Positions 10,101 through 22,889 of a stretch of DNA of 47,335 bases are shown in pieces. The translations under genes and the position numbers were made by a program. The stretch covers positions 49,545,825 to 49,593,159 of the forward strand of contig NC_068996.1 of assembly GCF_001194135.2 (NCBI RefSeq). Reading direction: 5' to 3'. This DNA comes from Octopus bimaculoides. Taxonomy: Eukaryota. The notes below the pieces were generated by a model, which made no database searches, was not told the DNA's origin, and worked only from the letters and a program-made list of their open reading frames with translations. Each line of letters begins with the position of its first letter. Position 1 is the stretch's first letter.

Positions 10101-13100
10101 TCTTGTAGTGGTTGCTATTAGGAAGGGAATCCAGCCATAGAAATCTTGTCAAATCAAACTGGGACCTAGTGCAGCTTACTAGTTCCAGTCAAACAGTCTA
10201 ACCCATGCCAGCATAGAACATAGACACTAAATGACGATAATAATTATGGGCTTCTTCCAGTTTCTGCCTCCCAAATTTGCTTGCCCACAAGACTTTGGTC
10301 TGCCTGGGGCCATAGTAAAAGACACTTGCCCAAAATATCATACGATGAGATTGAACTTGAGACAGCATGGTTGGAAAACAAGTTTCATGCTGTGTCATCA
10401 GATGCTTGTCACAGCTGATAACATGAGCCATAAATCATATAGAGCCAAGTGAAACTGTCGTTAAAAAGAATATCTACAGCAAATATTTTGATTGCTGTGT
10501 GTATGCATAGCTGTGAATTTAAAAACTTGCTTTCCAACCATGTAGTATCTGGTTCAGTCCCACTATTTGTCACTTTGAGGAAGTGTCTTCTATTATAACC
10601 CTAAGTCAACTAAAGAGTGCATTTGGATGATGGAAACTGAAAGAAGCCCATCATGTGAATGTGTGTGTATGCTCTATGTATACCCTTATCTTGACATCAC
10701 ATGATGGTTGTTAAGCATGCATCACCATTTTTGAAGCAATGTATGTTCATTTCCAGTTTTTTTTTAAGCCACATCTGGTTATGGAGAAATATTGCCTTGT
10801 TTAGAAACAGATGAGGGTTGGCAACAGGAAGGGCATCTGGTCGTGGAAAATCTGCCTCAACAAAATTCCATCTAACTTATGCAAGCATGGAAAAGTGGAC
10901 GCTCACTGATGTGCTCTTGACAGTGACAAGCACTTTGGTACATAATCAGGGCATCAGAATAAAGGACTCTGAGATAGAAGTCTAAGTGTCAATAAGCATG
11001 ATTCTTAACTGATTCCAACAAAATATATTAAACTCATATTTTGATGTGATCTCATCTTCTTTGTCCACTTATTCCTGGGAGGGTTGTGAGGGCAAAGTCC
11101 TCAAGCACACCTTCACTCAGGTTTGGTCAGCAACATCTGTTTCTTATCAATCTGGCTGAATCTCCAAGTGTGACCAACCAAGCTCATGGATGTTATCCAA
11201 CCATCTTGCTCATGATCTATCACTGGGTCTCCTGCTGGTTGGTTTTGCTAGTAAAGCCTGTGCAGTGCCACGTAAAAGCACCCAGCGCACTCTATGGAAT
11301 GGTTGGCATTAGGAAGAGCATCCAGCCACGGAAACCATGCCAAATCAGATTGGAGTCTGGTGCAGCTCCCCAGATTGCCAGCTCTGGTAAAACCATCCAA
11401 CCCATGCCAACATGGACAATGGATGTTAAATGATGATGATGTCTGTAATATTAGAACTGTGATCTTTCAATTCGGAGGATGAAATTTTGATGTGACGCTC
11501 AGTAAAAACAGCATAGGTAACAATGTCACAAAGTGAGAAAATAAGAAATGGTGGCTCTAAACAGAGTAAGAAATAATTGCTCATATCCAATTAATTATGA
11601 ATCAATTAATCTCAATAATACAAAGAACTTGAGTTACCTTTCTCTTTCACTTATTACTTTTGTTAAACAAAGATATCAAGTTGAATATTGTATATGACAA
11701 TGTATAAGTGATGGGTTTTTTGTCGGGGTGGTGGTTTCTAATTCTTGGTTGTGGCAAAAAATTGCCATGCATTTAATGCAATCATATTACAGAATTAAGG
11801 ATGAGTTACTTAGCTTATGGTGAAATATGTTAGTCCTTTAGCACTGAGGTTGCTCTGTCAATGTGTTTGGAAATAATAATCCTTTCTACTGGCCTCATTT
11901 GTGGGGAGGGGACTAGTCAATTACATTGAACCCAGTGTGTAACTGGTACTTAATTTATTGACCCCGAAAGGATGAAAAGCAAAGTCAACCTCGGTGGATT
12001 TTGAACTCAGAACATAGCAGCAGACGAAATACAGCTAAGCATTTTGCCTGGCATGTTAGCAATTCTGCCAGCTCGCTGCCTTAATGTGTTTGGAAATAAT
12101 AAAACATAATCTACATGACTTCAAGATTTTGATGGTGTGATTGCATATTTTTAGAATGACACTGTAGGATAAGTGTGTCACATTGGTTTGAACATAAAAC
12201 AGGCAAAATATTTGAGCTGGATCTGGCTAGTTTTAATGCTGAATGGTTTATTTTTTCTACAATAAAGCAGGGTTTGTCTTATGCAAGAGTGCATCTTATA
12301 CCTTGGAAAATTCAGTAACAAAAAATTAATCAAGAATGTTATTTCCAAGTACCAAATCCTTAAATGCTAAATGAGTTGGATCAAAAAAGAAAAACATGTG
12401 GTGTCAAAACAAATGTGCCAAATAGCCAGTACCGAAATGTCTGCACCAAATCATTTCATTCCATTATTGCTACCTTAACCCATTACCTCCCATAATTCTA
12501 TTAACTGGAATTTTTTTTATGAAACTTTGATTTCTAGCATAAAACAGCCTTAGAAACACGCTGGAATGATCAAAATAACATTTCAAAATAACATTTTAAA
12601 TAGAAATAAGCGAGATATTGGGTGAAAAATTAGCAAACCTCATTTGAATATCAGAGAAATATACCTAGTAGATATAGCAAAAAGGTTAGATATGTGTAAA
12701 TATTGACAGATAATTACGAAATTTGTAATTTTTAAGTGATCTCATATGAGATCACTGGTAGGTAATGGGTTAACAAAGTAAACTCATTATGCTTGATTGG
12801 ATTAGTTACAAATATCATTTTTAATTAATTAGTTAATTATTTATTTATTTACTTTCAGAAACGGACATTTGGTTACACATCGTGCTAAAAAACCTTATGC
12901 ATGTCATTTTGAAGGGTGTGATAAAAGTTACTGTGATAATCGGTCATTACGGCGCCATCTAGAAAACCATCACAACAAACAGAATCACGATGTTAACAAC
13001 AGCAGCAGCAGTGCAGCTGCCAATCCTGCAAGTGCTCCTGCAGTTGCCAGTGGAAATGCAGGTTCGGGTATTGCTAATGCAAGTACCACCTCAAGTTCAG

Positions 13101-16100
13101 TCTCAACCCAGAGCACAAGTAATGTACCAGTATCTTCAATAGCCAATCAGTCTATGGATTTCCAAGGAAACAACAGAGGAAGTGATATTTTTAATGATAA
13201 TACTAACAACACAAGTCGTATTCATTACGCTCCACCACCATACAACCCATCAGTAACTCCCGAGGACAGTCAACAATGTGTGAGCACACAACCACAGTAT
13301 TTCCAGTTTGACACTACTGTGCAGCAAGTGCAACAGTTGCAGCAACAGCAACAGCAGCAGCAACGTTTACAGTCACAACAGAAACAACAACAACAACAAC
13401 AACAACAACAGCCGCAGCAAAAACAACAAGCACCACCACCACAACAACAGCAGCAATTGCAACAACAACAGCAGCAGCAGCAGCAGCAACAACCACAAAA
13501 GCAACAGCAGCAACAACAACCACAGACTCAACAGCAGCAGCAGCAGCAACAACAACAGACACAACAACAACAAGCATCATTCCAAACCTCAGACAATATA
13601 CAGAACTGGCAACAGGACCATATATATAAAGTTGGTATTCGGATTAATGGATCTTTTTATTTTTTAAACTTTTATTTATTTTAGTCATTGGACTGAGGCC
13701 ATGCTGGGACACACCTTTGAGGCACCTTTCAGTCAACCAAATCAACCCTTATTTTAAAGTTTAGCACTTGTTGTCTCAGCCTCAGATTTTGCTGACCCAC
13801 AAATAATATTTTCTTGCTGAGATTAGTTTGCATATCACAGCATATTCGCAAATACTAACCATTAGATGTCAAGAGGATTTGTGTATGTTTTATTATAAAT
13901 TCATAGTTGTTACAGGCACAGGAGAGGCTGTGTGGTAAGAAGCTTGCTTCCCAACCATGTTGTTCCAGGTTCAGTCCCACTGCATGGCACCTTGGGCAAG
14001 TGTCTTCCTCTATAGTCATGGGCCAACCAAAGCCTTGAGAGTGGTTAAGTGGGCCCTATTGTGAGTTCATAGGACTTTCAAGGGATGATCAGAGTCTATG
14101 GAAACAGTTCCCATCTGTATGTGTGATCTACCATACACAACCGGTGGTAAATCGTCCTCATGTTGCACCTTCTTGCCACAGGATGCCCACAGACACAATC
14201 CAGCACCACCAGATTCCAGAACAGATGCTGCCTGGAATTCACCATTGCCCTCCAGTTAGCCGGGTTGAAGCCCTAGCACAGCCGGTATTAGACCTGTCCA
14301 CCTTGGGTGACCCTACCAGGAACTCGAAGTCCTTGATGGCATAGCTCTGACACTCACTCATTTAACCTTCCTACCATGATGAAGAGTTCCAATGATCTGA
14401 AAAGATAATAGTCAGATATAGGCGCAAGAGTGGCTGTGTGGTAAGTAGCTTGCTTACCAACCACATGGTTTTGGGTTCAGTCCCACTGCGTGGCACCTTG
14501 GGCAATTGTCTTCTACTATAGCCTCGGGCCGACCAAAGCCTTGTGAGTGGAATTGGTAGACGGAAACTGAAAGAAGCCCGTCGTATATATATATGTATGT
14601 GTGTATATGTTTGACAACCGATGCTGGTGTGTTTACATCCCTGTAACTTAGCGGTTCGGCAAAAGAGACCGATAGAATAAGTACTAGGCTTACAAAGAAT
14701 AAGTCCTGGGGTCGATTTGTTCGACTAAAGGCGGTGCTCCAGCATGGCCACAGTCAAATGACTGAAACAAGTAAAAGAGTAAAAGAGAGATAAAGCAAAG
14801 CCAGGAGAATAAGGAAGACTAGGTAAAACTTCCATATTTAGTGCTATATTCTATTATTGAGTGATTTGGACAATATATAGTCTTGCATCATTTTGTAAGA
14901 GCCACACCTCTTCACAATATTGACTAGTGATGGATACTTTTTTTTGCATGATTTTGTGTAATGCTTCCAATTGACAATGCTTTTCTGCATTAACTGTTTA
15001 ATTTTGGTTTAACCCTTTTGATACCATATTTCTGTTGAGATGCTCTGTGTTTCTTTCAATTAATTTTAAATATAACAAAGAATTTAGTAAAATAACTTAG
15101 TTATCATTCAGCTAGTGTTAGGAACATAAATTGTGACTAAGGTTTGGTGGAAGATTTTAATTCAGAACTTTTGTTAACAAGACATTTGAAGCCAGCAGAG
15201 TTGGTATCAAAAGGGTTAATGCTTCGTGATAGATGACACTCTTCATACCCCACCAATTACAGCATAACTTCTTATGGGTGTAGTTCTAGTTTAGGGATAG
15301 GTTCTCTTTTTTTATTGGTTGCTAACCTTTGTCATTTGATACAATTATAGAGAACCCACTTTTCATGACTTGTGATGATTCTTCCTAGGAGAGCTTTAGT
15401 GGCAAGCCTACTCTTCAAAAACAATCAGAGGACAACTCTTGGCTTAAGCTGAGAAGCAATCAAAGGATGAAAGACCCACTGACTAAATTTAGGCAATTTT
15501 TCTTGTTCATGAAGGGGTTTTGTGATCAAAGTGAGATTTGAATTGAACTGTTTTGTTAATTCTCATTCAGTTTGGTTTGGATTTTCCTCATTTACAGTTT
15601 TCAGAGACAGAACTTGATAATCCAGAAGATAGAACTTGATAATCCAGATTGCAAGGAAAAATTTTCCCAAGCAAAACTGGCCAAACCATTGTTGGCATGT
15701 CCCGTCACTTAAAGTTTCAATTCCATAGACAGAACAATGTGAATGTGAATTGAAATAGAGGTGGATAAAAAGGTTGATCACGTGTAGCAGGAACATCCAA
15801 CCATAAAACACAACCTCAGAAAATCCATCCAACCATGGAAGAGCAAACATTAAAACAATAGTGATGACATAAAGTGAAGGTGCATGGCTCAATGGTTAGA
15901 GCTTCAGGCTTACAATCATGGGGTAATGAGTTTGATTCCTGGACCGGGCTGTGTGTTGTGTTCTTGAGCAAGACACTTTATTTCACGTTGCTCCAGTTCA
16001 CTCATCTGTAGAGATGAGTTACAACGTCACTAGTGCCAACCTGTATTGGCCTTTGCTTTCTCTTGGATAACATCAGTGGCATGGAGACAGCATTCTGGTA

Positions 16101-17290
16101 TCCATGGGCGAATGATGGTCTTCCATAAACAACCTTGCCTAGATTTGTGCCTCAGAGGGAAACTCTCTAGGTGCAATCCCATGGTCAGTCATGACCAAAG
16201 GGAGTCTTTACCCTGACATCAGATATAGTCAGTGGTTTGATAAATAATTGTTTCGAGAATCCATAAGTGATATTTATTTAGTGTACCTATGTTAAAAAGA
16301 TTGAATGAAATTAACCTTAAATATATAATATTGTTAAATAAACTCATTAATTGTTACTGTATTCTTGTCTTTGCAGGTAAACCAATTTATGAACCAGACT
16401 GTGATAAACACCAGTCAGAACACTTCTCAAAGTAGTCCAAGGACAGACCCTGAACATTCCCCTGGATACTTACAGCAAATCAGTCCTATTAGTCCAGCTC
16501 CATTACCAAACCAATCCACAAGTCCGTTGCAGTTGTCAGGACAACAGAGACGCTCTTGGTACAAGCCACCAAACTCTAATACTGTCGCAAAATCAAATAA
16601 TGAGTTAGTGTATTAGTATCGATTTATTCTGTTTTATACCAGTTGTTAGAAATGCAGTCTGGTCAACAGGTTACAGTAAGAGACATCTGCTATTTCTTAC
16701 AAAAGCATTGTAGATTGAAATCAATAGCTTGGGTAGTGTACCGGTCATGCAACAAAGATGGTACATTATCTTCATCTTTTATTTCTTACTTGTCTCAGTC
16801 ATTGTCCACCAAATCTACTAATTAGAGCAAAGCTTTATTAGTTGACAGAACCTGAAAGAACTCTTTCATATATGCATATATATGTTTGTTTGTGTATATA
16901 TATATGTGTGTGTGTGCGTGGAGGTCCAGTGGTTAGGGCAGTGGACTCCCTGTCATAGGATCGTGGTTTCGATTCCCAGATCAAGCATTGTGAGTGTTCA
17001 TTGAGCAAAAACACCTAAAGCTCCACGAAGCTCCAGCAGGGGATGATGGTGAACCCTGCTGTACTCTTTCACCACAACTTATTCTCAATCTTCCTTCCTG
17101 TTTCTGTTGTACCTGTATTTCAAAGGGTCAGCCTTATTGCACACTGTGTCACGCTGAATCTACTTGAGAACTGTTAAGGGTACATGTGTCTGTGGAGCGC
17201 TCAGCCATTTGCACGTTAATTTCACGAGCAGGCTGTTTCATTGATCAGATCAACTAGCATCCCCTCGTCGTAACTGACGGAGTTCCACGA

Positions 17291-17353
<63 letters not shown>

Positions 17354-20300
17354 TATATATATATATATAGATAGATAGATAGATAGATATAATTGTTAAA
17401 GAGGACAACTAACATTAAGGCATGCCAAACATCTCAAGTCATACATTATTATTATTATTGGAAAAAAATTCAATGTCTTACAGCTTTTTCTAAGACATCC
17501 CAAAGTATGGGGTATCATCAGAGAAACAAAACTCATCAATAAGATATTTTAACCAGTTAAAATGTCTTATTGATGAGTTTGGTTTCTCTTTTTTATTCCC
17601 TGATGAGAAGATTGCATTGTTTTACATCATTTTATTCCTTCTGGAATAATACCAATGTTTTCTTCGAAACATATGTCGGAAGTATAAAGATTTGAATAAC
17701 ACCTGCATTTAACTCCATTTATCTATTTATCTATGTTATTCTAAAACATTTCACCAAAACCTGGAATTTCTACCTATTTAAGTAGGCTGTTACATCCTTG
17801 GTACTTGTGTGAATTTTTGCTGCTCTAGTAACTTTTTTTTTTTTTTTCCATGTTATTTGTAAACATTGAAAAAATACACATACTTTTATTTATACACAAG
17901 AGTGACAGAGACAGGCAGAAATAAGGAAAATGCCCCTTGTATTTGAATACTATGCAAATATTCTTTTAAAATACTTTTTATTTAATTTTTCCAAAATTTA
18001 ATTGTTTTCCATACTTACAGTTGGAAAGGTCTCAGTGACTGAAACCGGTACGGAAATGTTTTTTATAAAATTATTTTAGCATTTTCTACCTTGACTTTTT
18101 TTCTATATATATATATATATATATAATATAGTACCGGAAAAAGGTAAAGACTCCCTTCGGTCATCAATGACCATGGGATAGTACCTAGATAGTTACTCTC
18201 CGAGACACAAGTCCAGGCAAGGTTGATTATGGAAGACCAGCAGTCAGCCATGCATACCAACCTCTCCTCTCTATGTTACCAATGTTATCCAAAGGAAAAG
18301 CAAAGGCCAATACAGCTTGACAACAGTGACATCACAACTCATTTCTACAACTAATTAGCAATTTAGGCTGCTCATGTTTAACCACAGGTCTACCCTGACC
18401 GAGCAGACCAGCAGACCTATATGATCATAAGCATTCCAACCATGTGTAATTTGGTGGGAGGGAGTAGTATTTGACTGCTATTTATAGCAGGTCAGTGGTG
18501 AGAGCATTGGGCTCACTATCATGTGATAGTGAGTGGTATTCCCAGACTGGGCTGTGTGTTGTGTTCTTGAGCAAGACACTTTATTTCACATTGCTCCAGT
18601 TCATTCAGCTGTAGAAATGAGTTGTGATGTCACTGGTGCCAAGCTGTATCAGCCTTTGCCTTTCCCTTGCATTACATTAGTGACATGGAGAGAGGGTGGA
18701 GGTATGTGACCTAGTGGTTAGAGCAAAGGACTCGCAGTCAAGGGATTGTGGGTTTGAATCTCAGACTGGGCGATGTGTGTGTTTATGGCAGAAAGTAATG
18801 TCAAACTTCTGCTGATTCTTTCACCACAACTTTCTCTCACTCTTTCCTCCTGCATCTAGCGTCTCCAGGAAACCGGCCCTTATGAGCCAGGCATGGCTTG
18901 AGAAGAAACAAACAATAACAACATGGAGAGAGGTGATTGGTATGCATGGGTGACTGCTGATCTTCTGTCAACAATGTTACCCTGGCTTGTGCCTCAGAGG
19001 GGAACTTTCTGGGTGCAACCCCATGGTCATTCATGACCAAAGGGGTTCTTTACCCTTTTTACCCTTTAGCAACTTTGTAGAAGGTTCATTGACGAGTTTG
19101 AGGAATTATAAAAATTTCTGTTCAGAATACAGTAGTTTTATGGTGTCAGAAGTGAAGGGCATATTAAGATTAACATGGATTTGTTTCAAATGCTTGCCGT
19201 ACTCTGTTAAAGTTGTCCTTGACTTGGTCAATGAAGACAACAGGAAACTGTTTCTTTTACCCCCAGTTGATTCAAGTTAGAGTGGTGGGAGAGGGGGTGC
19301 CATGTGGCAGCCAGTGTGCATTGGTCAGTCTGCCACACACAGCTCATAAAAGACAACACAACACAAATACAGCATATTTTATTCTAAGAGGAGGTGGTAC
19401 CATTATGTAGCTGTCGCTTATTTTCGTCTTGTCTGAAATTGAGAAAGATGAAAAGAACTTTCTCCATATGTTTTCACATGTATTTGAGCAAAACACTTGG
19501 GTTTATGTGAAGGTGTGTGGCCCAGTGGTTAGGCTGTTGCACTCACCATTGCTAGATTTGAGGTTCAATTCCCTGATTGGGTGGTACATTTCACATTGTC
19601 CAGCTCTCTTTCGATCAGTGGTGGGGTTGTTGACCTGCTCGCCTAGCCATCAGGGTGGTGTCATTTGAAGGCCAAAACACTGCAAGAGCGCATTGTGACC
19701 AGCGATGTGTAACAACATTTGATAGCCTGGTCAGTCACATGATCACGTGACTTGGGTTTATGTGCCTCACTTTATCTACTTAGGAATAGTTAACCATATT
19801 TTTTAAGTCTCTAAGACTAGCATTCTGTCCCAGAAGGTTTTTGTTTCTTTTTTTTTGTTATGCCAATAAACTACAAACTTCTGAAGCTCACAAAAAAATT
19901 AGCCTTTCTCTTTCTTTTTCTCTCTCTCTCCTCCTCTCTCAGTTTTCATTATTCCACAATTACTACAAATAAAAATAAAATAGCGTCCCGTGTTTTATAC
20001 CTAAATATAAGTAGGCATCATGTTAGCTTTTCTACCATCTTTGTATTTACTTATATATTAATTTTTGTTTTTTAATTATCTTTTCTAAAAACTTCGTTTA
20101 ATTTAATTTTCAGTGATGAATCTAAACCTGTAAAGTGCAATCTGTGTTCCAAGAGATTCAAAAATATTCCTGCTTTGAATGGACATATGAGACAGCATGG
20201 TGGCTATTTCAAAAAAGTTAAGGTCTGTATTAGAAATTTCTTTCAAACCAGTCAAAGAGTAAACCAACATATGGATTATGTGTTATAGTCATGTACATTA

Positions 20301-20558
20301 CGAGTGGTTACATATTTATTTCTATGTGATGTGAATATGTATATATCTCTGTGTGTATTTTCACTGAACTAAATAAATGACAAGCAACGAAAGAATGTTG
20401 ACACAAGCATGGCTGTTTGGTAAGAAGTTTGATTCCCAATTACATGGTTCGGGGGTTCAGTCCCACTGCAGGGCATCTTGGGCAAGTGTCTTCTACTATA
20501 GCCTTAGGTCGACCGAAGCCTCGTGAGTGGATTTAGTAGTTGGAAACGGAAAGCCCAT

Positions 20559-20594
<36 letters not shown>

Positions 20595-22854
20595 TGCAGG
20601 TATGGCTGTGTGGTAAGAAGCTTGCTTCCCAACCACAAGGTTCCAGGTTCAGTCCCACTGCATAGCACCTTTGGAAAGTGTCTTCTACTATAGCCTCGGC
20701 CAACTAAAGCCTTGTGAGTGGATTTGGTAGACGGAAACTGAAAGAAGCCTATTACATATATATGCGCATGTGGCATGGCTGTGTTGTAAGAAGCTTGCTT
20801 TCCAACCACATGGTTCCAGGTTCAGTCCCACTGTGTGGAACCTAGAACAAGTGTCTTCTTCTATGGCTTCAGGCTGACCAAACCCTTGTGAGTGGATTTA
20901 GTAGAAGGAAACTGAAAGAAGCCTGTCATTTATGTGCTTGTTGGTGTGCATGCACATGTGTGTGTTACTGTCTCCTTACCTTAACATCATGTGATGTTGT
21001 AAATGAGTGTCACCATGGTGTTGTTTGTTTCCAGGCTTCTGTGGAAACATGTCTGGTCATAGAGAGATATTACTTTCCTTGGAAACAGGTATGGTTTGTT
21101 GACAGGAAGAGCATCTGGCTGTAGAAAATCAGCCTCAACAAATTCTGTCCAACCCATGCAAGCATAGAAAAGTTGACAGTGAAGGAAACTCCCCTCTTCT
21201 TACATATAAAAATGTAATTGAAAATAAAATAACCAAAACCACTTAGAAACAAAATTGAATTAGGTTAGCTGTGTGGTAAGTAGCTTGCTTACCAAACACA
21301 TGGTTCCGGGTTCATTCCCACTGCGTGACACCTTGGGCAAGTGTCTTCTACTATAGCCTCAGACTGACCAAAGCCTTGTGAGTGGATTTGGTAGATGGAA
21401 ACTGGAAGTAGTCCATCATGTGTATGTGTGCGTGTGTGTATATATCTGTTTGTGTGTCTGTGTTTATCCCCCACCACCATCACTTGACAACCGACATTGG
21501 TGTGTTTACGTCCCCATAACTTAGCATTTCAGCAAAATAGACCAATAGAATAAGTACTAGGCTTACAAAGAATAAGTCTTGGAGTCGATTTGCTCGACTA
21601 AAGACAGTGCTCCAGCAATGGCTGCAGTCAAATGACTGAAACAAGTAAAAGAGAGATAATGGCTGTAAAGTGGTTGGCATCCAGCTGTAGAAACTATGCC
21701 AGAGCAGACAATTGGAACCTGGTGCAGCCCTTCAGCTTGCCAGTCAAACAGTTTGACCCATGCCAGCATGGAAAATGGATGTTAAATGATAGAGTTTATT
21801 TTTTTAGATGAGGGTTGTATTTGCTTTACAAGATTCCCTAGATGTGAAACCATTTGTCAACAGATATTATTGTGTATTTTGGTAGGAGCCTTCTGCTAAT
21901 TTTAAAGAAAAAATAATCTATCAATAATTAATTAATAATAATGAAGTGATCTACAACCAGTGTGTATGCTTTTATTAACAGGATGATCTTTCCAAAGTAT
22001 AATAATTTAGATTCCATTTGATGAGAATATTATTTAATCTTGATACTGAAGCGATTAAGTGAGCCCCCATGTGATTGCTTGATCTGGTAAAAATAGCAGC
22101 CAAATCATACCTTACTCATCTTAAGCTAAGAAAGGATGCTGGGTTTTTTTTGTTTTTTTTTTCTATAATGTAGTCTTAAAAACTACGAAGAAGATAGAAA
22201 GGATGATTGATTGTGCCAAGGGACCATTCATTATATTTCTGATTTATCAGTAATTGACTTCAGAGATAAACAACAACACAAACATTTGACAGCTCTCGAA
22301 TGAAATGAAGGAAACAAGCAAAACTGTTGTAAAACCTTTGTGTTTTTTTTGTGGGGGGGGTGGTTAATGAACAATCATGTATTATGAGAGGAGAAGCAGG
22401 ACTGAGATAGGAGGAATGAAAGAAAGAGAGAGCATGTCACTTGGTTTCTTTTTCTATGGTGTGTATGAGAGAAAGAAATGAGTATGTTACTCGTGTCTTC
22501 TATGGTGTGTGAGAGAGAGAGAGGAAGGATGGGTTAAAAGAGAATGATAGAAAGCATATAGCATTTTGTGTGTGTGTATATATATATATATTTGATTAAT
22601 AAATTTAAAAAGGGATAAAAATCTTTTACAAGAATTTTATCAGGAAACCAGTGTGTAAAAAAAATTCATAAGGGAAATTTCTATTCCCAAGAATAGGTCG
22701 ATACATTGTTGAGTTATTTAAAAGAAAGTTGGTCTTCTTCTGTTGGTTGTTTTTCCTCGCATTCGGTACTAAATGTGTTTATTTTGGGAAGTCCAGTGTG
22801 TGGCATTATTCTGTAGTAATGCCCCTTATATAAATATAAACGAANNNNNNNNNN

Positions 22855-22889
<35 letters not shown>

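Noticed and set aside
13308-13667. Poly-Asn/Ser, poly-Leu and poly-Ala/Val ORFs overlapping the CAG/CAA tracts (also 23981-24202, 26121-26399, 26160-26381)
   Set aside because: They are alternative-frame or antisense shadows of the polyQ exons; trinucleotide repeats lack stop codons
14110-14350. GC-richer segment (ccttgggtgaccctaccagg..gcatagctct) resembling a LINE 5' end
   Set aside because: Single copy in the window with no ORF; the resemblance is from memory only and too weak to call
14421-14500. tRNA-like box A/B sequences
   Set aside because: No complete cloverleaf; these are SINE heads, not tRNA genes
22681-22710. CTATTC-ccaa-GAATAG hairpin followed by GTCGATAC, resembling hammerhead stem II plus GAAAC
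   Set aside because: No CUGANGA upstream, and the inverted copy at 8611-8850 does not preserve it
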